A stretch of DNA of 64,000 nt. Source: Kondoa subrosea (taxonomy: Eukaryota). Within the stretch, counting starts at the first letter, position 1, and each line of letters begins with the position of its first letter. The notes beneath the pieces are model-generated. The model was not told the DNA's origin. It did no database searches and saw only the letters and a program-made list of their open reading frames with translations. Made by a program: the position numbers and the translations under genes. The DNA is taken from contig BCIN01000011.1 of NCBI GenBank assembly GCA_039545335.1, positions 1 through 64,000 of the forward strand, read 5' to 3'. Shown piece by piece: positions 52,129-63,536 of this stretch.

Positions 52129-53500
52129 TCATTTCTGCAATCCAGTCTGATCTGTGTCCAGTGGGAATAACCCAGATAGATCGAATTCCTGTTCCCAAAG
52201 TCCATCACTCGGTGCTCCTTCACTAGACAATACCTCTTGACCTGTCGACTCTTGACCCTGCTGTACTCCTGCTGACCAATTCTGCAGTAGCAAGTGCAGC
52301 TCGCTATTGACTGGTGCAGGTTCGGTAAAGAAAGGTGGAGCTTGATAGAAAGGTGTAGCAGGTGTAGCTTCAGATGTGATAGTGAAGGAAGGCAAAAGAT
52401 CTGTTGAAAGAGTAAAAGTGGGTTCAGCTGCTTTAGTTTCGGGTTGGAAGAAGGAAAATGGATCTGCAGTCGATGAAGTATTGACTATTGCAGGTTGAGA
52501 GTTAGCTTGGAAGAGGGGGTTAAGATCGAAAGAGAAGTCTGGCTGAGATTGAGGTGCTGTTGAAGGTGATAGATAAGGTGAAGAAAGAGCTTGAACTGGA
52601 ATATCTTCGTATGAAGAAGAGCTGGAAGGTGAGGATGCGCTGGAAGTAGAAGAGGAGAGGGAAGGGCAAGGTGAGCATGAGCGGTCCGAGCGAGAAGAGT
52701 TGTCAGATGATGCGATTGAAGAGTCAGAAACGGTTCGCTTGTTTTTGCGAGGTGTGGCCATTCCTCTTCTCACTCGAGCATTCTGGAACTAAAGAGAAAT
52801 GAGTGGTGAAGTAGACAAAAGACCAAGAGCTTACCCAATTAGCAACTTGCTGAGGTGTAACACCTAATTGCGCTGCCAGAGCCTTCTTTGCTGCTCCTTT
52901 GACGTTGGGCGTTTCTTTAAAACGTGCCTCGAGAATTTCTTCGGCTTCATCAGTGAAAATTCGATTTCCTGTTGGTTTCAAGACTCGGCGCTTCTTGTTG
53001 GAAAGAGATGAAGGGGAAGAAGGGGAAGATTCATATACAGGAGTCTGTGAAAGCTCTATTTTAATGTCTTCTGCAATGCGATTTGTATCTTGCTGAGCAG
53101 AGCGTGCTTGATTTGCCAGAGAAAGAAGCTTCTCCTTCATGTCAGCGACAGACCGTCCAAACTTAATGTCTAAAGCCCAAGCCAGTTTTTCGGCAAGCTT
53201 CGAAGTAAGTGCTGGTCTTCTGAGCTCAAATGTAGTAGAGTAGCTGGTCGCAAGCTCAATGCATTTAGCTTCAAAGGTATGAAGAAGACGCTTCTTGCAT
53301 TCGTCAGTTATCGAAAGCTCGATCAGGTCTGATGAGATGCAGGGTATTGCGAGATGAAGATCGATGGGTGCAGTGGATGGGAGTGCATTGGTCCGTATCT
53401 TTGGCGTGACCGGCACCCCCTCAAGGAAGCGAGAGCTGGCGGACCCAATCTGGCGTAACAGGGATAAATGTTGCATTCGTTCGACAAGGTCGTATGTCAT
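52129..53500 (-). CDS. HD2: Mating-type homeodomain protein, HD2 class (bW-like), ~441 aa
   Basis: Exons 53500-52835 and 52788-52129; the 46-nt intron falls between W and F of helix 3: RIFTDEAEEILEARFKETPNVKGAAKKALAAQLGVTPQQVANW|FQNARVR. Helical N-terminus; Ser-rich and acidic C-terminus. Confidence 0.88.
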
Positions 53501-53642
53501 CGTGTGAGCAGAGATGCGAGCTGTGTTCGTGTGGATGTATAGAGAAGAGATTGAAAAGAAAAGACAGTGCATTGTCCCTTGGTCTATTGTCCTCCGAATG
53601 GCTTTTTGAAGTGGCACCGGACAAACTTGCCAAAGCACAGCA
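53501..53642. promoter_or_regulatory. 142-bp bidirectional intergenic region of the HD2/HD1 pair
   Basis: Lies between the divergent ATGs; contains ATTGTCC twice (53571-53577 and 53586-53592). Confidence 0.7.
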
Positions 53643-54663
53643 ATGAACGAAGCAACACTCAAAGAACAACTCGAAGAATTGCCAGAGCGCTTCCTACAGG
53701 CAGCAGAAAGACAAGATCTGGCAATGCTTGCGCAGTTGGATGAATTCTTGCTGCAGCTAGTCTCAGCAAAGGCCAGCTTACCTAAGGCTATGGCGCAATT
53801 GATGACGGACGTAGTGTCTGTAGTCCAGACATTAGCCGTAAATCTTGCAGATTGGCACTACGAAGAAAACGAGATCATACAAAAAGCTCGAAGAGCGAAT
53901 GAAGCTATTCTCTTCTCATCTGACTGCCCCTTCACCGACCTCTCTCCTTCCTCTGACTCTTCTCAAGAATCCTCCTCTCCTATAGATCCCAATCAGGTAA
54001 GCACTTTGACCCTTTCCGAGACATTCGCGTCATTTACCGCGACAATAGCCCAACTACACTCCAGCCTACTCTTGGTTCAAAGCTAATCTCTCAGCTCCTT
54101 ACCCTAACCTCGTTCAGCAGAAAGAACTCGAAACAGCATGCAATTGTACCTCAAATCAACTGAAAACTTGCTTAGTAAATACTCGGAAACGATCTGGATG
54201 GAGTAGATTGAATGATGCTACGGATAAGAGTGTGCAGATGATTCAGGAAACGATTACTTCTTACGAAAGTGGGACATTGCAAGGAGAAATGAAGAAAGTG
54301 ATGGATGATCTGTACCTTTGGCTCAAGCGGAAGATCGAATGTCCTTCTCCACCTCGGAAAGTATCTGGAAAGACTGCGAAGAAGAGGAAACGCGTTGAAG
54401 AGGAAGAAGAACCACAAGTTGAACCTGTTCAATCTTTCCCTTCTCTTGATTTCAGCACTAATCAGTTCAACGATATTTTCTCCACCCCTTCTTTCGACTT
54501 TGGCCCTACTCCTTTTCTTGATTTCACTTTGCCAGCTACTTTCCCTTCTTCCAACTTTACACCGATACAGCAAACTGGAAATTGTGCAATGGGAGCATTC
54601 ACTGGGTTCAACATGGATTGGAACGCGATGGATCTAGATATGGGTAATTGGGTGTCGACTTGA
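53643..54663 (+). CDS. HD1: Mating-type homeodomain protein, HD1 (TALE-like) class (bE-like), ~322 aa
   Basis: Exons 53643-53996 and 54049-54663; PAYSWFKANLSAPYPNLVQQKELETACNCTSNQLKTCLVNTRKRSGW; helical N-terminal domain; NLS-like KKRKR. Confidence 0.85.
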
Positions 54664-55172
54664 TACTTCGCTTGAGGTAGGCGAAAGTACAGGCTGATCA
54701 TCATTTGCTGATCTTGCAATTCTGATGCCTACAGGTCGAAGATCGGACGATGGCATGCTTTTACCTTGCAGCGCTTTTGTATCAAGCTAATCAGCTCTTA
54801 TAGGTATTCTTAACAGGTTGTGGTCTCATATAGCATGATTTCAGTATGCGGTATATTTTCTTCTTTTGTGTATTATGCTCGTCTGTATGCGGCATTCGCT
54901 TCATGTAAATCTTATACGTATTTCATGCATTATCATACTTTGTTCTGCCTGTTCTTCTTCGCGGCTAGAAGCTAGGTATCTCGATCACCGGAACTGAGTC
55001 TCTTTTCAAAGCAATGACGCATACAATGCGCATCCGGCTATCTGCGCTCAAACGATGGAAGAGACATAAGCATTGCATGCTGCGGTCTGCTGCTCCAGGT
55101 TCTGAGCTTTGACCTTCCTTTGCCTCAGGCCTCGTTTATAATATTTCTTTATCATGCTCTGTCTTGCCCAAC

Positions 55173-57370
55173 ATGAGCGCTGCTGGCTGGACATACTGCT
55201 CACAAAGTCATGGACTAGTCATTCTTACCTCTCCTAATGGACACGATCGCTGGGAACCTCTTCATCCTTTCAAGACTCAAATCTCGAATTATGGTCAAAC
55301 AGTTACTTTGCTCGTTGATCCACCTACACCTGACTCGTTCTTACGACTTAGTCAAATGAGTTCTTGGAGATCAGCAGATTCACCAGAAGCAGAAGACTTC
55401 GCTTTCGAGAACACCGCAGTCTATACTTATCTGGATCCTGATGCTCTCGACAGCTTGGAGCATGGAAGGAATAGACCACCATCTTACAACTCTCGTGCTT
55501 TCTCTACTGGTGCGGTTTTAAAACACGTCGAAGAGAACAGATTGGACCGAGATCTTTACTTTGACACGGAGAAGATGTATCAATTCATGCCTTTACCCGC
55601 GAATCGATTGCCTCGAGGTCCAAAAGCTGACAGGCATGGCGAAACCTGTATGGCAATGGCTTTTCATCATTGTGCTTTCACGGCGCAACCACTTGATTCA
55701 CCTTACGAACAAGATCCCCTTGCAGATGTACTGCAGCCTCATGAAGAGACTATAAAGTTGAAGTGAGTTTCTCATCTGTATGAAATTCAGGTTTGCTGAT
55801 CATCATATAGGAATGGCATTTCTTCAGACAAATACATCTTGCATCATTACGATCGCACGAGGGAAAATCTTCATTCTGTACGAGTATCCAAGAAACCCTT
55901 CTTGATCATTCGTATCGCTTCGGAAACAGAAAGTCAGGCTGGCTAGAGTAAGTGTCCTGCTGCGGCTAATTTTCAGAACACATAGCTCTTGTCGAGGTGG
56001 AAACCGTCAGGAAGCGCAGAAGCACGACTGATATTGGTCAAGAGAGATTGCAAAGACGGCGTAGCTCAACCTCCTCGATTTCTAGCTTCAGCAGCTCCAA
56101 CCGTAGTCGCCGAGCAAGCGATATTTCTGCCTGTCAGCCTCTTCGCGCAACCTTGCCAGCCGATCATCGCCCTATCAGCTACTCGCGCACTACTCCAGGT
56201 CTTGGATCTCGTCGGTCTGCTTCAACACTATCGTCTGCACCTTTCGATGATTCTCACGCACAAGCATCCCATTTCACTCAGCCTCGAGTCTCTTCCTGTC
56301 GAGATGACCCCACTAAAGACCTTCTACCACTTCGACATCCATCAACGACTCCGTCGCTACCAGAAGAAAGACAGATCGAAGAAGGCGAAATTCCTCCTCT
56401 TTGGTATGCTACCCCACCTTCGTCGACCCTTGAGGAACCGAATACTGGCACGGATGATGTATCTTCTTCACCACCTTCTATCTGCCAGTACAGCAGCCCT
56501 TCAGACGAATCTTCCCTTTTGAATCTTATGGATCAAGCTCAGAACTTTTCAGCGAACGATTTGTATGGTGATCTAGATGATGATCAAAATGACGCGCAGA
56601 GAGATGGAAGTAGTATTGAGGTGGAGATGAGTAGAACAGTAACCGGGTCTTCGGCTTTCACTGCTTCCTCCAGAAACGAACCGGTCGATCTACCTTCCAG
56701 TACCAGCAGCGAAATCGAAGATATTTCGATGGCAGAAGATGCCACTTCGCCCAACAATTCGTTCGATCTAGTTTCAACTGAAGGATATTCCGTAGATGCT
56801 GAGGCAGTCCCAGCATCTCAATGCTCTGGGCTTATACTGCAGGGAATCGAAGCAGTTCATGCCTTTCTTGATCAAATCCCTCTGGCTCGTTCCCCTTATG
56901 CCCCAATTCTCTTCGACTTAGGTTTTGATGGTACTCTATTTCAATTCTTGGCTTTGTTTCGAGGCATTAGTGATACAGAACGAGAAGAGATGTACAAAAT
57001 CATGAAGAAGGAAATCAAACAACTACCATTCTTCCTTATCCGCCGAGCGATCGAGCGAGATCTGATCAAGCAAGAAACAGAGGACTTCTTCTTCGTCTCC
57101 CAAAAGCATCAAGAAGTTCAAGCTCTTCTTATTGAAAACAACCTCGATCCAGCTCGGTACACTTCTGCTTTGGTCGAGAAAGGGTTTGATGGATCCAGGG
57201 AAGAGTTCATCTCGCTTTTCCGGTCCGCTACGATCGAGGATAGAGAAGGGTTGTCTGAGATTTTGCATGAGGGTATCAAGGACTTGCCGTTTTTTAGGAT
57301 CAGAAGAGGGATTGAGAGGTGCATGCAAGAGAAAGGTAGAAGTGCAGAAGAGAAGAAGATGCTTCGCTAG
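55173..57370 (+). CDS. Hypothetical protein with Ser/Arg-rich linker and two C-terminal SAM-like repeats
   Basis: ORFs 55164-55766 and 55997-57370 joined through a short middle exon (55811-~55948); internal repeat Y...L...GFDG...F..LFR......RE......IK.LPFF.IRR.IER. Confidence 0.7.
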
Positions 57371-57626
57371 ATTAATAGGTGAGCACAGCTCAATCAGCAG
57401 ATTTGTCATGTGCTCATGCAGAAAGGGTTCAAGGCTTGCGATTGCCTTGCTTTGGGCAATGGGTTGAAGCGATTGGCAGCGGCACTGTGAATATGCTGTG
57501 TGATGTACTACTCAGATACCTATGTACCTCGCATCCCGATTATGTCCGATCTGATAAGCCTGTTGATTTGTTCAAGCGTTTTTTGTTGCTTTGATCTTGC
57601 TTTTTGGTCACCCATAACCATTCACA

Positions 57627-59807
57627 ATGTTCAGCAAAAGCTCAGTAGCCCGTGCGAGCGCTGTAAGCGACAGTCACTCACGAAAATGCGCATAACATTC
57701 TGAAATTTGGCTTCAATTGTCGACAGTCTCTAAGGCAGTCTGCTCCTCGAAGGCAGGCAGCAAGATCTTTTGCTACTTCTTCAGCATATCTCGTAAGTCT
57801 ACTTCCCTGTATTGCTGGACTTCCGCCATTACCCGATCATATGCTCGTCTCGTCGCGCATCGCTCCCGCTTGAACCACCAAAGCTGATTATTACATGATG
57901 GCTGCACCACAGAGCGACAAACCATATAGGATAGAAAGAGATAGTCAGCTGCTCTGCTAGAGTGAATTGTCGAGTGAAGAGCTAATGCGGGGTTGAACAG
58001 CGTTTGGTGATCTTGAAGTGCCTTCAGACCGATACTATGGCTGTCAAACACAACGGTTCGTCACCAGGTAGCTTTAGTCGCGTTAGTAGACTTAAGGTTG
58101 TGCGGGATGAACAGATCTCTGCTCAATTTCGATATTGGAGGAGATACAGAACGAATGCCAGCACCACTCATCAAAGCATTCGGTGTACTCAAAAAGGCTG
58201 CATCTATTGTCAACACCACATATGGCCTTGATCCTAAAGTAGCCAAAGCTATTCAAGATGCATCAGATGAAGTGCGCTCGACCTTCGCTCCCATCAACTC
58301 GCGCTAATGCTGTTACGTTACAGGTCATCTCTGGCAAACTGATAGATCACTTCCCTCTTGTTGTCTTCCAAACTGGATCAGGAACTCAAACGAACATGAA
58401 TGTCAACGAAGTCATTTCCAACCGAGCCATTGAAATGCTTGGAGGAGAACTAGGATCCAAGAAACCTGTTCACCCTAACGATCATTGCAACATGTCCCAA
58501 TCTTCAAATGACACTTTCCCTACCGCTATGCATGTTTCAGCAGTAACGGAAATCGTCAACTCCCTCTTACCTGCTTTGAAAGAACTTCGGGACGCTTTAG
58601 ATGAGAAAGCGAAATCGTTTGATAAGATCATTAAGATTGGACGAACTCATTTACAAGATGCTACACCTTTGACTTTGGGTCAAGAATTCTCTGGATATGT
58701 GCAACAAGTCACTTTTGGGATAGCGAGAGTTGAAAGTGTTCTACCGAGATTGTCTTTGTTGGCTCAGGGTGGAACTGCTGTGGGAACTGGTTTGAATACC
58801 AAGACTGGATTTGATGTCAAAGTTGCCGAAGAGATTTCCAAGATTACAGGCATTGAATTCAAGACTGCTCCCAACAAGGTTGGCATTGAACAGCTTTAGC
58901 AGGATTCATGCTAAATTTGTTGAAATGTCCAACAGTTCGAGGCCCTTGCAGCCCACGATGCTATTGTTGAAGCCTCTGGAGCACTCAATACCCTTGCGGT
59001 CTCATTCATGAAGATCGCAAACGATATTCGATACCTTGGTTCCGGTCCTCGTTGTGGTTTAGGAGAACTCAATCTACCAGAAAACGAGCCTGGAAGTTCC
59101 ATCATGCCTGGAAAAGTCAACCCTACTCAATGTGAAGCGGTCAGTAGCATGACCTCGTATCATCTTTCATCCGATTGAGCGGTCCTTTTATTCGACAGCT
59201 CACTATGGTCGCTGCTCAAGTCATGGGAAACAATACAACCATCAGTGTGGCAGGCTCGTATGGTCAATTTGAGGTCAGCGCAGACGCTGGAAACTCAGCA
59301 TCAGCTGATCTCCACGCGCTTGTGTGTGACAGCTCAACGTCTTCAAACCTGTACTCATCAAGAACTTGTTGCAATCTATTCGTCTGCTAGCTGATGGATC
59401 AAGGTCATTCACTAAGAACTGCGTGGTTGGTATTGAGGCGAATGAGAAGAGGATTGGACAGCTGTTGAACGAGTCGCTCATGTTGGCTACTAGTAAGCTC
59501 GTTCTCATGTGCACCTCAACGCCAGCTCATTTTGGCTTCAGTCTTGAACAAGAGACTAGGTTATGATAGTGAGCGGTCTGTTTTCATCTGAAATGTCACC
59601 TGCTAAAGCTATGGCAGATGTGGCCAAATGTGCAAAGAAGGCGCATAAGGAAGGAAAGACATTGAAAGAGGCCACTGTTGAGCTAGGCATGCTTTCGCCC
59701 GAAGACTTCGACAAGGAAGTCAGACCAGGTCCGTTTTGTTCTAGTCCTTATTAGGGTTTTGCTGATTGCATCTTGCAGAGCTAATGTTGGGTCCTACTGA
59801 TCCTTAA
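57627..59807 (+). CDS. FUM1: Fumarate hydratase (class II), mitochondrial precursor
   Basis: Presequence exons; [62 protein letters not shown]. Confidence 0.97.
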
Positions 59808-60014
59808 AATGTACTTGAAATGTATCATTATGGCCGCATCTGCGTCTGGTTTGCGCGAACTGACATCCACCCATCGCAACGGAGTGCAGTCTCCTCTGCC
59901 CTCTGATGATGGCATTCGCAAGCCACAGGAACTCTGCTAATTTGTGGAAATCTGCTATAGTCATGGGCATGTACGTCTTCTGGCATTGCAATACAAGAAA
60001 ACTGCTCAATCAAC

Positions 60015-60626
60015 CTATTCTGGGATCATTGACTGGCCGCCTGATAGCCGTTGACAATTCTGGCCACCTGTGTTACTGAAGTGGGTATCTTCATTCACGT
60101 ACAGTCTTCGACTTCCGTCGCTGGCGTAATACTGAGGACACCTCTTGCCCACTGGGCACCTGTACTTGATCTTTCGAGTATTTCCTTGTGAAGTCGTAGC
60201 AGCCGTTGGCTGGCCCGCATGGAACTGCGCAGCCTCTTGATGGTGAACTGCCGTCGTTGGTCCATACTGTCGGTCATTTTGTGCACGAAGCTGAGCATAT
60301 CCTTCTCTAGCATCTTTCTCGAAGTTCTCAATCTGGTTCGGAGTCATTGGCCATAACTCGTATAACTGAGGCAGATCATGAGCAACAGATAAGCGTTTCG
60401 CTCGTGCAACAGGTACTGACTTGGCATGAGCCTGAGTGTTAATCGGAGGAATTGAACTTCCAAGATTTCCATGGCTGTGCATATCTGAACCATGAACAGG
60501 CTGAGATGAATAGAAAGGAGCATTCTGCTGATGAGCCGTATACTGAGTAGGTTGGTGAGTAGTTGGCGTGGTAGAAGTTGGAACCGAAGCAGTCGATTGA
60601 TGGGCGTAAGAGTTGGTTGGAATCAT
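60015..60626 (-). CDS. Hypothetical Gln/His/Thr-rich protein; C-terminal Cys/His cluster possibly metal-binding; 3' end uncertain
   Basis: ~200-codon ORF; KIKYRCPVGKRCPQYY...H. Confidence 0.5.
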   Translation of the reverse strand: MIPTNSYAHQSTASVPTSTTPTTHQPTQYTAHQQNAPFYSSQPVHGSDMHSHGNLGSSIPPINTQAHAKSVPVARAKRLSVAHDLPQLYELWPMTPNQIENFEKDAREGYAQLRAQNDRQYGPTTAVHHQEAAQFHAGQPTAATTSQGNTRKIKYRCPVGKRCPQYYASDGSRRLYVNEDTHFSNTGGQNCQRLSGGQSMIPE

Positions 60627-62000
60627 ATTGATTGAGATAATGAGTATTCGGATAAGATACGACATTGACGATGCTGATTCTGAAGGATATGGAGAGTTGA
60701 GAGAAGAGGAACGAAGCAGAAATCAGGCCAGAATAGTAGACCAAGGCAACAAAGGGAATATGGAACACCGCTTGACTAATCGCTGACTCGGGAAGGACAA
60801 GACTAGCCCGAACTAAGCTGAAGTAATCTGGAAAGGTATTCTGAGCTGATGGAGCTCCGCCAGACAATAACAGCGAAATATGCATTCCAGCTGCGATTCC
60901 GGCGACGAGACTTCGTCTTGACAAAAGCCGTAGTTCGTTCTGTCCAGTTCTAGCCAAATGCTGCTTACGCTAGTTTACGATTCATACATAATTCAATTGC
61001 TCTAGATCGCTCATTTCCGAGTTGATTGAGCATCGTTTTCGGCCAAAGCAGTGTCATTGAGAATTGGAGCAGCGCCTGATGGCAAAGTGATCAGGAAGAC
61101 GTATCTCAATCATTGCAAGCCTCGGGCCTGATCAGAATGTTTGGAGTCTCGATCGGTTCACTAAGGTTACAGACATACATTAATGCTGATAATATATGGG
61201 CACAAAGTCCGGAGATCCACTTCAAGGACTCATAAGTACATACGCAGGTGGAGGCTCAACCCGAGTATCCAAATATCTGCTGATAAGTTAGGAGCTAGTT
61301 GTAAATCAGGAAGAGATGCTAACCCTGTCTCTGATTCCCGTTGCCGTTCAAGAGCAGCTATCTTGAGCGATTCACCGGGCGAGATCGTTGGCGGATCTAT
61401 GGTTATGCAGAGCAACGGAGTTTGTACGAGACGACTCCAGGGTAGGTTCTTCTGTAGACACATGCAGAATCAGCACTCGATGGTGTCAATATTGTTGAGA
61501 TTCAGACATCCATATTGCTTCCATACTTTAGCATGTATCGCAGACAGACTGCCGGTAATTTGGTCAGCTTCGGGTCACTTCTGTGTACCGTTCACTGACT
61601 GGCCAAAGTTAGCCACTATTCGGAAGAGTCAGTTATGTAGAAAACATAGAATGCCTATACAACCTACAATAGAGAGAGCATTTGGCTGACCATCCATTGT
61701 CACATCTTCCAGTCCTTGCTTTCGGAGGATATTCTGAGCTGTCGCATTGGCTATGGCTATATGACATTCTTGCTTGACCAGACCAGCAGATATTATATAT
61801 TTGCCATAAATATACTTGTCTTCCTCTGCCAAATATCGGAATGCGTTGCAAGACCTTTTCTTCGGGCGAGATTTGGTCTTGAAGAAGCGAAACCTCATTC
61901 CAGCCAGACACAGCTGTCTGTATACTGGTTGCGATGCCGCAATCACTAAATCATTCCGAGATTGCACATTTCGATCAAAGTATCGTTTCGAACAACAAGC

Positions 62001-63536
62001 ATGTCGACCGAAAATGGAATAGCGCTTAACGGCAAAGGTATCACAGAAGGTGCGTGTCAAGCGGTCCAGCCTCTTCATAGGCTGCGATTCTGATAGCGCG
62101 ATGCACAGACGAAGCCGCTTTATATGACAGACAAGTTCGCGTTTTTCTGGCATTGATCCTAGCTGCCCGCTGATCTGGACTGCCAGATCCGTCTATGGGG
62201 CGTAGAAGCACAAAATAGGTGAGTCCTTCTACTCACATGCTGAGATCTCTTGCAGAAACGTAATGAAACCACAGAATGCGTGAAGCATCAATACTTATCA
62301 TTACCCTGCGTGGATTGGCCTCAGAAGTATGCAAGAACATTGTACTGGCTGGAATTGGTTCTCTTACTTTATTGGATGATCAAGATGTGACAGAAGAAGA
62401 TTTGGGGTCGGGTTACTTTTATCGACAAGAGGAAGTTGGGCAGAAGGTGAGAACATTTGGATATTCTGCTACGTGAATGTAGCTCAAACGCCAATATTGT
62501 CACAGAGAGCCCAATCTGCTTTACCGAGGATACAAGCGCTGAATCCTCGCGTTTCTGTTTCCGCTTCCAATGACATGTCAATCCTATCGAACGAAGGAGC
62601 ACTGCAGAAGTACAGTCTGGTCTGCCTGACAGATTCAAATACAGAAACTATTGTTTGTCATTTATCCCTGCCTTGAACAGAGTTGCCTGATATGCTACGG
62701 TCCAGACCAAAGTCAACGGTCTGTGCCGGAAAGCTGAAGTCAAGATGTACGCAGCATCAAGTTTAGGACTAAGTGGATATATCTTTGCCGATCTGCTCAA
62801 ACATACTTATACAATGTACGAACGGTTTCATTCTCTAGATTGATCCAATCTTAGCCCGAACCTGTCGTACAGACAACGAACGGATCCGAAGGCCAAGATT
62901 GAAAATGGAATGGAACCACCGAAAATCACAGTCAAGAAGCAGCAAACTTTCGTTCTTTTTTCAGAAGCTTTATCCCATTCTTGGTCAAACGCTAAACCTG
63001 CTTTAAGAAAGAAAAATTTACCTCGGATGACTGGCTTGTTCGATACGCTTGGTGTGTTCCATCCTTTTACAACTGAGCATCAAAAGGCTAACAAGTTGTA
63101 TCAAGTACTATTGGCTTACCAAGCTGAAAATGGTGGGAAACTACCGACGGAAGAAACCAATGTGGATCATTTAATGCAAATTGGTCAAAAGCTCTTACCA
63201 AGTAAAGGCATTGATGCTGCCATTCTGGATAAGGGTCGTCTAGAGTCAGTCCAGTTTTTGTTCAGCTGTTATTCAGCTGGAAGAATTCCTGGCATGACAG
63301 AATGCTTTGCGCAACCGCTACAGCCGATTTCAGTCCTTCCTGTGCTGTGGTTGGAGGTGTATTAGCTCAAGATATCCTAAATGCTGTAGGAGGAAGAGAA
63401 GCGCCGTTGGTGAACTTCTTTGTCTTTGATGGTGAACAAAGTAGGTCTCACATCAATTCGCTCAATGTGAGCTATCAGTGATATCGATTCTATAGATACG
63501 GGCAGTATATACAATCTGAGCGTAGAAAGAACATGA
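62001..63536 (+). CDS. AOS1: SUMO-activating enzyme E1 subunit 1 (Aos1/SAE1)
   Basis: ITEDEAALYDRQIRLWGVEAQNRMR; SEVCKNIVLAGIGSLTLLD; LPRIQALNPRV; FSPSCAVVGGVLAQDILNAV; NFFVFDG. Confidence 0.93.

Noticed and set aside
60700..61990. Minus-strand ORFs 61629-62153 and 61230-61463 as one gene
   Set aside because: The long ORF overlaps the AOS1 start, my attempted splice runs into an in-frame TGA, and no motif is recognisable; it may be an orphan or a relic
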